IMG/VR virus record: IMGVR_UViG_3300010043_000006
Coordinates: 1-42,741 of that record
DNA length: 42,741 bases
Strand: one strand, 5' to 3'
From: a virus
Taxonomy: Duplodnaviria; Caudoviricetes
The notes below the pieces were generated by a model that was not told where the DNA came from, did no database searches, and saw only the letters and a program-made list of their open reading frames with translations. Each line of letters begins with the position of its first letter. The first letter of the stretch is position 1. The position numbers were made by a program, and so were the translations under genes. Shown in pieces: positions 33,750-42,741 of the stretch.

Positions 33750-36700
33750 TGAAGCCTTGGATCCACTCGTAGAAATTCCTTGGCTGTTTCTTATACGATC
33801 CGTAATTCAAATCATAGATGAACTGTAACGTGCGGCTTATCTGCGCCATTGGCAGCCCGGTTGTCATGCCGACGAGACCGCCAACATCCTTAATCGGGTG
33901 CTCTATCTTCCGGCTCTCGCCCTTAACATAGTGCTCGACGTCGCGCACAACAGAGCCAACCGCCTGAAACAGACTCAGCACCGACGGCCGTGGCGAGATG
34001 CCCTCGATGAAATACTCAGCAGCGTCGCGCATCAACCACACCGTCTGCAACGGCTGTAACAGCAAGGCCTTGCCGATGGTCCACCACCACGACTCGCCCT
34101 CTTTCCGCTGATTGAACAGCAACGCGCCGAACGCCGCCGGTATCAGCACCGATCCATATAGCGTGTTCATCGCCTTGCCATAGGTCTGCGCTCTCAGCTG
34201 CCCGGGGATCTGGCGCTGCCAGTTGTACATCGAATTAAAGAACCCATAGAATAGCGTAGTCAGCTTAAAGCCCTCGCTGCCACGCATCACCGCCGACAGA
34301 TCGGGCAACCCGGCTGCGCCATGCCGCTCCCTCACTAATGAGTCGGCGGAGGCAGCAGCATCATAATCCGACCGGCCGAGTTCTTTCATCCGCTCAAACT
34401 CTGTAGCCCACGTAACGATCCGGAAACCCTGACTGACCTTGACAAGCGGCAAGAAGCTCTTCCTAACCACGTCCGCTTGGAATGCCTCCAAGCCCTTCTG
34501 CCTGACCGACTGTTCCATCCGCTCACGAAAGTCTCGGTCCATGTTCTTAAACGTGTGGGGAATTTCCATCGAGTGTTGGTAGGCAAGATCGGTGTAGTAG
34601 TCCTGCCGCGCCATCACCCTCGCCACATCCACCGGATTGAGTGCGCCGGTATCCGGCGACAGGATCACCTTCAGGTTCAGCCCGAGCGCATTGCCCATCA
34701 AGTTGAACCTGATCCGCCGGAGGATCCCGTTCATAGTCTTGATGGCTTCTTCATTGGAGTTGAAGTGATTGGCAATGCTCTTTAGCCACGGCTTGAACTG
34801 CTTGGCATACATATCACCGTAGTGGCCGGATATGGCGTTCATAATGTCTCGGTCGTGGATAACCTTGTTCGCCTGTATCACCGCCTCACGATATGAGATG
34901 TCGTGGATCTCCTGCTGTATCCGCGCCGCCATCAGCTCGATGGTACCTTGGAACTCAACCGGCCCAACAAACCCGGTGCGGGTCTTAACATAGTGATTTG
35001 CCGGGGTTGCCCGATGGAAGCCAGCCTCAAACAACGCGTCCACATCTGGCGCCTTCAGCACCACGCCTTCTTTGTAGAAGATCGGCCAGTGCCCACCCTT
35101 GAAGGTGCCGTGCGGCGTCACCACCTCCTCGGGCGGTATCCACTTGGGCGGTATCCCCGACGTCTCTCGATACACTTTGTCGGCCGCCTTTCGAACGAAC
35201 TCCTCTCGGATGTCCCACATATCCTGAGCGAACTGCCAGTCCTCCTTGTTCAGGTTGTCCTTGAGAAACTTATCCATCTTGCCCATGTACTCGTCACGGT
35301 GCTCTCGACCAAAGTGCCCGTCGATGAACTTCTCCTTGTTCGACCGGTTGCCCCAGTTGACGGCGATGCCAATCGCGTCCTGCCGGGTCAGGTCATACGG
35401 CACGCCGAGATCGAGATCGAAGAACCAATCCTGTGGCAGCCTATCTTTCAGCGACCTTATCCACTCCTTGCCGCCGCCAACCTTACCAATCTCCTGCATT
35501 CGCTTGGACAGCCGCTCCTGCGCCCTATACTCATGGTGCTTGGACTCTGCCATCGGCCGAATGAGCGCATCGAACAATGGGCCTAGCGCCTCGTGGGTTG
35601 GGCTATCCAAATCCTTAACGATCTCCTCGATCCGCGTCAGCTCAGCGTCGGCCTTGAACCTCCACCTATTTAGGAAGCCCGGATCTTGACGCGGCATCGA
35701 CGTGATCCGGCTGATGACGTCCCTCTTCCAATCGGCAAAGTCACGCTTCTCACCGCCGACGGTGATCTTCTCCACCTCCCTGCCGATGTACTCCAGTGAG
35801 TCGATAGCGTCTTTGATGTCATAGCGCTGCTCAACGGTCATGTCTTCCCATTGCGTCAGCGCGTCCGGCCGGGTCTTGATGTAATCATGGACCAGCGGGT
35901 CGTAGCCCTCGCGCTGGACGTGATCGACAAAGCTCTCCAGCGACTTGAACCCATGGGTATCTAGGGCGTCGATGATATAGTTCAGGTCTAGCCGAGTACC
36001 CTTGCCAATGCTCTTAATGATCTGCTGCAAGGCATACTGATATGGCTTGCTCAAGCCCTTGACGTCGGGCTTGCTCAGGCGCTTGATGGTATCCTCAAGC
36101 TCCTCCATATCCTTCTCAAACTTAACGGCCAGCTTGGCCTCGTGCGCGCCGAACTCGCGCCTCTGCTCCAGCCTAAACGCCTCGGTGTGGTCATCCTTCT
36201 GGAGAGCGTCAATGATCTTCCGCGTCGATCGGCCGGTCGCAGCGAGCAGCTTGTCGGCGTTGAGAGTCCTCGCCTTTCGTTTCATAAACTCTATCGTCGC
36301 CTGAGGCTTCAAGTTAGGTAGTGGAAGTTCTGCCCCGGCCTTCGTGCCTAGCAGCACCGTCTCTTCCTGAATCCTCTCAAGGATAGAACTGAGCACCAGC
36401 CGATCTTTGATCTCCCTTAGGATGTTCCCCGGCAACTCACCATACTTCGAGGTCATCTGGAACTCAGTCTGTGCGTCGATCAGCTTCCGCACGTACTCAG
36501 CCGGTCGAGCCCCGGTCTCATGCCGTTGCTTCTCCAATGCGATGATCTTATCAATCATCTCCTTGCCAGACTCAAAGCCGAAGAACCCAGCGATCTCATC
36601 AGGGTTGATGCCGTCCTTGGCTATCATCTCCCGAGGCATAGCCTTCTGCTGGTCCTCGTTCAGATAGTCCATGCCAATGGGCTCTGAGCGAATGCGCCGC

Positions 36701-38487
36701 CCGCCGCCGGGGATCTCACCATCTCGCAGATAGGCTAGTGCCATGACATCCGGCCGGGACTTGACGTATCGCGTAGCCTTCTCACGCTCAACCTTGGAGT
36801 TCTCTTTCCACTCCTTGGTCTGCCGCTTGGTCTCTTCTTTGGTTATCCGCTTCTGATCGTGCTCGTACTTCTCCTGCCGTTCGGCATCCATCGCCCTGAC
36901 GTACCGGCGGTAGCTATCCTCGGTGATCCCATAGTCCCGAGCGTGCTGCATAATCCGCCGGTCCTCAACTGACAAGATCCCAGGCAGCTCTTCCTGCTTC
37001 ATCTTGGTTGTCGGCGGCGGGGCTTTCTCTTCTGGCTTTGGCGTAGGCCCCACGCCCTTCTTCTCACCGGGCGCTGGGACTTCTTGATCCAGTCGGGTAG
37101 CTGCGTTATCCTTGATGACCCGCTGAACGAAGTCGGCGGTGCCCGGCCGAGAGTCACCCCTTTCGGTTCGAACGATGTAGTTCCCCATCGAGTCCTGAAT
37201 GATGGCGAAGGTCCCGCCCTCCTTCTTCCTATAAACCCCAATGAACGGGTCTTGCTCCTCGATCATTGGGAACAGCGGTTGCATCCCCGCCGCCTGCTCC
37301 TCAGCCTCCTCAGGTGTGGCGGCCGGTTTGGTCTCTGGATGGGTCTTGGCTTCCTCTGGCGTGAAGCCCGACTCACGAACCCTAAGGCCCTCTTTGATCT
37401 CGTTGAAGACGTCACGCTCGATGTTAGCCGTTAGGTCAGACAGCTTAACCGGGATGTCGGTGCCATCTTGGAGGGCGACGCGGTAGGCATCCTCGATCCC
37501 CGGTACCCACCCCAGCAGCCCGTCATCTTTAGACGGCAACTTATCACCGTATAGCTCTTGGACAACCTCGGGCGTAATGCCCATGTCGAGATCGCCATGT
37601 TGCGCCACATACTGTCGGAAGTAGTCGAGTGACCGTTCCTTGGTGTTGGTCTTATCTGCCGACTGTAGCACCTTGCCAAGGTTCTTGACGTCGACCTTCG
37701 CCTGCTCCTTATGCAGCGTATCAACGGTCGGATCGATGCCGACGGGGATCTTCTTCCCGGCGGCGATGCGGTGGCCGCCCAAGCCAAGGACAGCACCAGC
37801 CACCATGCCTGCCTGTTCAAGCGCGCTTTGCTCGACGCCGGTCTGCTTGGAGAGTTCGTTCATTATGTTCTTGAACTCGGCAAAGACCGGCGCGAACATA
37901 ATCTGAGGCAAGGCGTACATCACGTTAGAGATGGCCACGTTCCTGCGCTGTGTCTCCATCACCGACTTAGCTTGCACTTTGGCTGCGTCCTCACTTAGCC
38001 CTTGGTTCTTCATTATGGACTGAACCACGTCATCGAACTGAGCCGGTAGCTGAGCGTCTGCCCGCCCGGCCATAAGCTCGTCAATGTCGGTGATGCTCTT
38101 CCACCCTTCGTGCACCATATCCATAATGGTGACGTAGCCCTCGGGCAGGAACTTGTGAATGTCCTGCGTTACATCGTCCAGATTAGCGTAGTCATCATTG
38201 GAGACGTGCGACGCCAACGGATTGCTGTTCACATAGTTCTGGATCTGTGGGTTCTGCTGAGCGATGGCGCCAGCCGTCATGGCCTTGTGCATACGCTCGA
38301 ACTCTGGCAGGTTATTATAGATGGTGAACGGGTCCATCCCAGCCGCTGTGCCGATTTCGATAGCTCTAGCAGCGTGGTCGGGGTTCTCGTCAATGAAGGC
38401 TGAGACGTTGGCCTGAGCCGACGTCCTTGCCTGTCCCCTAGATTGCTGAAGCTCAGAGTGCCAGTCTACGCCACTTAGGTCGGTCAT
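33721..38487 (-). CDS. Large internal virion (DNA ejection) protein
   Basis: 1588 aa, helical, last gene of the tail operon in the T7 gp16-like position; hydrophobic C-terminal segments. Confidence 0.75.
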   Translation of the reverse strand: MTDLSGVDWHSELQQSRGQARTSAQANVSAFIDENPDHAARAIEIGTAAGMDPFTIYNNLPEFERMHKAMTAGAIAQQNPQIQNYVNSNPLASHVSNDDYANLDDVTQDIHKFLPEGYVTIMDMVHEGWKSITDIDELMAGRADAQLPAQFDDVVQSIMKNQGLSEDAAKVQAKSVMETQRRNVAISNVMYALPQIMFAPVFAEFKNIMNELSKQTGVEQSALEQAGMVAGAVLGLGGHRIAAGKKIPVGIDPTVDTLHKEQAKVDVKNLGKVLQSADKTNTKERSLDYFRQYVAQHGDLDMGITPEVVQELYGDKLPSKDDGLLGWVPGIEDAYRVALQDGTDIPVKLSDLTANIERDVFNEIKEGLRVRESGFTPEEAKTHPETKPAATPEEAEEQAAGMQPLFPMIEEQDPFIGVYRKKEGGTFAIIQDSMGNYIVRTERGDSRPGTADFVQRVIKDNAATRLDQEVPAPGEKKGVGPTPKPEEKAPPPTTKMKQEELPGILSVEDRRIMQHARDYGITEDSYRRYVRAMDAERQEKYEHDQKRITKEETKRQTKEWKENSKVEREKATRYVKSRPDVMALAYLRDGEIPGGGRRIRSEPIGMDYLNEDQQKAMPREMIAKDGINPDEIAGFFGFESGKEMIDKIIALEKQRHETGARPAEYVRKLIDAQTEFQMTSKYGELPGNILREIKDRLVLSSILERIQEETVLLGTKAGAELPLPNLKPQATIEFMKRKARTLNADKLLAATGRSTRKIIDALQKDDHTEAFRLEQRREFGAHEAKLAVKFEKDMEELEDTIKRLSKPDVKGLSKPYQYALQQIIKSIGKGTRLDLNYIIDALDTHGFKSLESFVDHVQREGYDPLVHDYIKTRPDALTQWEDMTVEQRYDIKDAIDSLEYIGREVEKITVGGEKRDFADWKRDVISRITSMPRQDPGFLNRWRFKADAELTRIEEIVKDLDSPTHEALGPLFDALIRPMAESKHHEYRAQERLSKRMQEIGKVGGGKEWIRSLKDRLPQDWFFDLDLGVPYDLTRQDAIGIAVNWGNRSNKEKFIDGHFGREHRDEYMGKMDKFLKDNLNKEDWQFAQDMWDIREEFVRKAADKVYRETSGIPPKWIPPEEVVTPHGTFKGGHWPIFYKEGVVLKAPDVDALFEAGFHRATPANHYVKTRTGFVGPVEFQGTIELMAARIQQEIHDISYREAVIQANKVIHDRDIMNAISGHYGDMYAKQFKPWLKSIANHFNSNEEAIKTMNGILRRIRFNLMGNALGLNLKVILSPDTGALNPVDVARVMARQDYYTDLAYQHSMEIPHTFKNMDRDFRERMEQSVRQKGLEAFQADVVRKSFLPLVKVSQGFRIVTWATEFERMKELGRSDYDAAASADSLVRERHGAAGLPDLSAVMRGSEGFKLTTLFYGFFNSMYNWQRQIPGQLRAQTYGKAMNTLYGSVLIPAAFGALLFNQRKEGESWWWTIGKALLLQPLQTVWLMRDAAEYFIEGISPRPSVLSLFQAVGSVVRDVEHYVKGESRKIEHPIKDVGGLVGMTTGLPMAQISRTLQFIYDLNYGSYKKQPRNFYEWIQGFITGEARPKK

Positions 38488-40667
38488 TGGCTAGCTGTCC
38501 TAAACCTCTGCGGGTTCGATACCATCACGCCGATCTTGGACCCGTACAGTTTCCTGAACAGGACCTTGACATACTCACGCCGGATCATCTCGTCGGTCGG
38601 CTCGATGCCTTCTTCCTTCCAGATCGGGTCGTCGTGGATCTTCTCGTAAGCGTCGCTGGGAACATTGACGTTGTATAGCGCCTGATGGCCCCAACCCTCG
38701 GGATTGTACTGTCGGCCCCACGCATTGACGGCCACATTCTGCAACAGCAACCGGCCTATCTGCGTGATCTCAGACTGTGATGGTGGACGACCATTATGGC
38801 TGACTTGGAAGTCCTTAATCGCATCGCCCAGGTCAGCACGGTACCTGAGGTACAGGTCAGGGGCATCCCGGCGGGTGATCCCAGCCTGAAGCAGCTCACC
38901 CTCCATATACCCCATAGCCTTGTTCGACCGGGGATCATCCTTATGGGAATGGAGCATACCGATCTGCTGTTTGATGAACCCTACAGCAGCGCCGGTTGAC
39001 AGCCCCTTAACGCTCTTGATGTCGGTATCAAGGAACTTCTGCCGGTCCTCATCCAGCTCGCTCTGCGACAGCGCATACAGATCCTTGTAGTTCTCAATGC
39101 CGCCGGGTCCCCACCCCTTCTGACCACCGGCGTTCTGCGCCAGCTGGTGGTAGAATGGTTTGCGCTGGTTATAGTCCATCGCCTCCCACGCCGCCCTCAC
39201 CTCCGGTGACGACGCCACCAGCTCTTCCTCGGTGGACGGCATCTTATTATCGGGATTGAAGCCGCCGTACATCGCCTGATTGATGAGGTTGGTGTTGTGA
39301 TAGAGCGCGTCACGCTTATCGATCAGCTCCTTCTGGTAGCCGCCCCTAACTCGATCCGCCATCACATCCGGCAACAGCGGGTCTTGTGGGTTGTACTGCC
39401 GAGCCCACGCCTGCCCACGCGCGACCCTCTGCGCCACTGGCTCCTCAGGCATCTTGATAGCATTGGGATCGACGGGCTTCTCGGTATTCCACGGCATCGA
39501 GTAATGGCCGGGATCCCACGAACTGATCTTGTCGTGCTCGCCACTCAACGGGGTTCCTGTAGCAGAGAAGCCCTCCTTGATTGCCTTCTCAAGCTGGGCG
39601 TAGGTAGTGCCAGCCTGAGGCACAGCATCGAAGGCCCCGCCGACAAGGTGGTGCGAGTGCATCGTCCGGCTGTGCCCGGCTCGAACAGCGGCCGCCTGTT
39701 GCACTAGACTCCGCTTGCCGCTGACGACTTGGAACTGAACCTCGGGGTGGTGCTGATGCACCCACTTCACCACATTCTGTAGCCGAACATCGACAGTGTT
39801 CATCTTGTCGATGGAGTTCTGGTTAAACCACGGCCCGTAACCGGCGTTGATGGCGTCGGAGGCATTCCGCGCCGTGACCGTCCTGTCTAGCTGCTGAATG
39901 TGCTGGTCGGTTTTCTCGTAGGCATCCGAGCGCATGTACTGCTTATTCTCTTCCAACATCCTCCTAGCAGCAGGCGGGTCGGTATCGCCCAGCTTGGCGA
40001 TCCGGTTGGCCCAAAGCTCACTGATGGCCTTGCCCTTTAGGTTCGCCACCTGCTCAGGCGGCATACTGTTGGGGCCATTGATATTGGCCATCTTGTCGAT
40101 TTCGTCGCCGACCTGTTGCACAGCGACGTTGAAGTCGTGGTCATCCCACTTCATCTTCCGCGCCGTATCGTTGAGCGCGTCTACCTTGGCTTGGGCGGTG
40201 TTGACGTAATACTTCTTCTGCTCGGCTGCGCTATGCCGACCGGCGCTGAAGTTAGTCCTCGCCATCGTGCCGAGCGAATCTGCCAAAAACTTCCGCTTGA
40301 CCACATCGTTGGACGCGCTGTCGGCCATCCCTTGCCGCTCAGCCTCCAGCTGGGCCTTGAACGCGTCGAAGCTACCGAACGCTGCCTCACCGCCCTTCGC
40401 CTCGAAGTTGACGTAGGCGTCGTTCGTCTTCATCATATACTTGGCGTCAAGCTCAGTCTTCTCGGCTTGGTTTCTGGTGTCTTGGATGGCTATGGCACGA
40501 TTGAATATCTCGTTGCCAGCGCCCTCGATGGTTTGGCCGACTGAGGCGATCGCCTGATCGACATTAACACCGAACTGAGCGCCAGAAGTTTGGACGCGGT
40601 AGCCGGTGGCGCCGCTCGATGGGATCGGCTGTGCGGTGGAGTACGGTTGATAAGGGATCTTAGCCAT
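38484..40667 (-). CDS. Internal virion protein with an embedded M15-family peptidoglycan peptidase domain
   Basis: Probable start MAKIP (TAATG overlap); VDVRL...VVSGKRSLVQQ...SRTMHSHHLVGGAFD...WDPGH = M15 SxHxxGxAxD plus DxxH. Confidence 0.8.
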   Translation of the reverse strand: MAKIPYQPYSTAQPIPSSGATGYRVQTSGAQFGVNVDQAIASVGQTIEGAGNEIFNRAIAIQDTRNQAEKTELDAKYMMKTNDAYVNFEAKGGEAAFGSFDAFKAQLEAERQGMADSASNDVVKRKFLADSLGTMARTNFSAGRHSAAEQKKYYVNTAQAKVDALNDTARKMKWDDHDFNVAVQQVGDEIDKMANINGPNSMPPEQVANLKGKAISELWANRIAKLGDTDPPAARRMLEENKQYMRSDAYEKTDQHIQQLDRTVTARNASDAINAGYGPWFNQNSIDKMNTVDVRLQNVVKWVHQHHPEVQFQVVSGKRSLVQQAAAVRAGHSRTMHSHHLVGGAFDAVPQAGTTYAQLEKAIKEGFSATGTPLSGEHDKISSWDPGHYSMPWNTEKPVDPNAIKMPEEPVAQRVARGQAWARQYNPQDPLLPDVMADRVRGGYQKELIDKRDALYHNTNLINQAMYGGFNPDNKMPSTEEELVASSPEVRAAWEAMDYNQRKPFYHQLAQNAGGQKGWGPGGIENYKDLYALSQSELDEDRQKFLDTDIKSVKGLSTGAAVGFIKQQIGMLHSHKDDPRSNKAMGYMEGELLQAGITRRDAPDLYLRYRADLGDAIKDFQVSHNGRPPSQSEITQIGRLLLQNVAVNAWGRQYNPEGWGHQALYNVNVPSDAYEKIHDDPIWKEEGIEPTDEMIRREYVKVLFRKLYGSKIGVMVSNPQRFRTASQ

Positions 40668-41215
40668 TAGCCTATTCTCGGAAATCCTGGAATGCCTGCT
40701 TGTCCAGCGCTTATCCACTTGGAGCTGACGCCACCTGCCGCACCAAGTAACGATCCGAATGCCGCTATCGTCCCCGACGTGCGGGAGAACTTCGCAGCAT
40801 ACTTGTCGAGGTTAGCCTGCGCCTCATCCGACGCCGCCTCGACTTCGTAGCCGTAGGCTTCCTTTGCCGCATTGGTTCGGATGATGCCCATGTCCTGCTG
40901 GGCTACCTTGTACATGCCCTGAACAACTTGGGCCTTCGAGCCAGATCGGACATCGAGGCCAGAGGCCCCGCCTTCGGCTATAGCCGTGCCGATCTCAAAG
41001 CGGGCCTTCATACCCGCCTGTTGAGCTTTGATCTCACCTGCATTGATGGCGTAGTTAGCGTTCTGCTCGGCGATCTGCTTGTTCATCAGCGCGATGCCAG
41101 CTTGATAGTCGTACATCGCGCCTTGAGACTGGCCGCCAAAGTAGTTGCCAAAGGCACTGACAACACCACCTAGCGCCGTAGCGCCAATGCCAACGATGGC
41201 CATAGGGGCAGCCAT
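40667..41215 (-). CDS. Internal virion protein (T7 gp14-like position)
   Basis: Gly/Ala-rich hydrophobic ends, GASGLDV.SGS motif. Confidence 0.75.
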   Translation of the reverse strand: MAAPMAIVGIGATALGGVVSAFGNYFGGQSQGAMYDYQAGIALMNKQIAEQNANYAINAGEIKAQQAGMKARFEIGTAIAEGGASGLDVRSGSKAQVVQGMYKVAQQDMGIIRTNAAKEAYGYEVEAASDEAQANLDKYAAKFSRTSGTIAAFGSLLGAAGGVSSKWISAGQAGIPGFPRIG

Positions 41216-41661
41216 TAGCTGTGCCTCCTTTCAAAGCTCTCCCGTGTTATGGTAAATGGGATCAGCTTCTTGCCCTCGGGGAAGGTATAGACTGCGCCGA
41301 GCCACTTCAGCCATCGAATGGCCTTGATGTCAGACGCAGCCGTCTGGCCGATAATCTTGGTGTAGTGCTTTAGCACGCCCTCGATCACGACCTCGGAGTG
41401 CCGAATTAACAGAAACTTATGCTCCTCAGCGGCATCGGTAGTTAACAGCCACATGTAGCACTGATCGCTCATCAGCGACGGCGTAATCAACCCGTATACC
41501 GCCGCCACCCGATCATCGACATACCCAACGAATGTATGCGCCGATCGACGCAGAAACTGGTCCATGATCCCTTGCGCCTCGGGATCACCCGCCGCCGCAG
41601 ACCGGCTGATGACCTCGGCGTAGTCAACCTCAACGTCTTGGGCCCTCTGGATGTCGATCAT
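41215..41661 (-). CDS. GNAT-fold / T7 gp13-like (DUF2833-type) protein
   Basis: Probable start ATG 41661; AVYG...MWLLTT...AIRWLKWLGA. Confidence 0.75.
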   Translation of the reverse strand: MIDIQRAQDVEVDYAEVISRSAAAGDPEAQGIMDQFLRRSAHTFVGYVDDRVAAVYGLITPSLMSDQCYMWLLTTDAAEEHKFLLIRHSEVVIEGVLKHYTKIIGQTAASDIKAIRWLKWLGAVYTFPEGKKLIPFTITRESFERRHS

Positions 41662-42741
41662 TTGGAGTTGTCTCCAACGTCGATCTCCGGGATGATACCC
41701 AACACAGTTGCCGGTAGCGGGTTGTCCTGCTCCAAGCATATCTGCCCCTGCACATCCCACCTCGGATCGGTCCTCACGTACTCGTCATCGGTCACAAGTT
41801 CGATTGCCGTTCCTAGCTGTTGGCTGTCTTTGAACTCCTTGATTGGCGTCATCAGAGCGAAGGTCTGGCCGTAGCTGAGCCCACGCGTATCACGCACCCG
41901 GATGCTCAGGGCGTTCATCGACTTACGTTTGCCTTGGATCGAGTCTAGCTCGTTCTGCATATCCAGATACATCGTCTGGAGCTGGGGAGTGTACTGTAGC
42001 CCTACCACGACCTTGCTGGCCGGTTGAGTGAGAGTTATGGAACCGTTGACGACCTTCTGCGGCGCGATGACATTCCCGTCGGCGAGGATTTGCACAAGCT
42101 GGCCTTCGAGATAGTCGAGCCCGAAGAATGTTGTAAACTGTGGTGTTAGCGTCCATTGTCCTTGCGCCGCCGGTAGAGGAGTGAAGCTCGGGTCATTTGG
42201 GGTTAGCGCCTGCACCGGCCGGGTAAGCGTCCCAACCACCTGCTTTGCCGACACAAAGTTGGTGATGCTGGCAATACCGCCACCGGCCCTGAGGATCTGT
42301 CCGACACTGCCCGGCACGAACACAGGCTGATCGGCGGTGAACGTCGCCGTGCCCGTGGCATTAGAGATGGTGAGATTGGCCGCCGGTGCCGGTAGGAACG
42401 ATCTCGTCCCCATATCGACGCTCCACGCGTCTTCGGCGCCGTAGGGGAAGAAACGATCCGCCATCCGCTCGATGTAGTCCAGCGTCACACCTTGAATGGT
42501 TCGGCGGAAGATGAAGTAAATCGCGTCGAAGTTATTCTCCAGTACCGACGCCACCGACTGCGCAGTGCCGAGCGTATCATGCCGAGCCCAGCCCAGCATC
42601 TCCTGCTCTTTGACGTAGGTCAGCGACACGAACTTACCGTCGTTCCGTATTCCCCATACAATGCGGAAGGGTTCCTCAGCATAGGTCCATTGGGTAATCT
42701 GAAAACCATAGAAGAGGTGGTTTGAGAGTATTGAGACATCA
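41658..42741 (-). CDS. Tail tubular protein B (T7 gp12-like nozzle), 5' end outside the window
   Basis: Frame is open to the right edge: DVSILSNHLF...W.Y...P..IVW..RNDG...LTY..EQ...WARH; GLDYLEGQ.V..LADG; QDNPLP.TVL. Confidence 0.9.
   Translation of the reverse strand, partial: DVSILSNHLFYGFQITQWTYAEEPFRIVWGIRNDGKFVSLTYVKEQEMLGWARHDTLGTAQSVASVLENNFDAIYFIFRRTIQGVTLDYIERMADRFFPYGAEDAWSVDMGTRSFLPAPAANLTISNATGTATFTADQPVFVPGSVGQILRAGGGIASITNFVSAKQVVGTLTRPVQALTPNDPSFTPLPAAQGQWTLTPQFTTFFGLDYLEGQLVQILADGNVIAPQKVVNGSITLTQPASKVVVGLQYTPQLQTMYLDMQNELDSIQGKRKSMNALSIRVRDTRGLSYGQTFALMTPIKEFKDSQQLGTAIELVTDDEYVRTDPRWDVQGQICLEQDNPLPATVLGIIPEIDVGDNSK

Noticed and set aside
1-42741. Prophage/temperate status
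   Set aside because: No integrase, att site, ParA or host flanking genes are visible; lifestyle cannot be called from this window.

Overview
The window is most of a circularly permuted, podovirus-type dsDNA phage genome; no host genes, integrase, RNA polymerase, tRNA or CRISPR were seen. A minus-strand late operon runs from a near-consensus sigma70 promoter (~14.8 kb) through GIY-YIG, TerS, TerL, portal, scaffold, major capsid and Bbp16-like cement genes, a block of signal-peptide-bearing Cys-paired proteins, and two endolysins (GH25 and an amidase cut by the left edge). It probably continues at the right edge with T7-like tail tube B, gp13/gp14-like and two large ejection proteins. Small early genes (15.3-23.4 kb) sit around a divergent promoter region and include a PEPxxWA-CTERM surface protein, which hints at an alphaproteobacterial host. 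A plus-strand replication module encodes a UvrD helicase, RecB-like nuclease, Sak4-like ATPase, SSB, a PolA split into two genes, and a DUF3987 ATPase. The most unusual signals are: (1) Sec-type signal peptides on fibre/decoration-like late proteins; (2) a 75-nt perfect four-way junction with exactly complementary loops in front of a small membrane peptide; (3) a recurring C-terminal (F)xRR[VAI] tail on unrelated proteins; (4) a PolA split inside its exonuclease domain, with His at position 762; (5) a phage PEP-CTERM protein. All family calls come from motif recognition by eye, not database searches.
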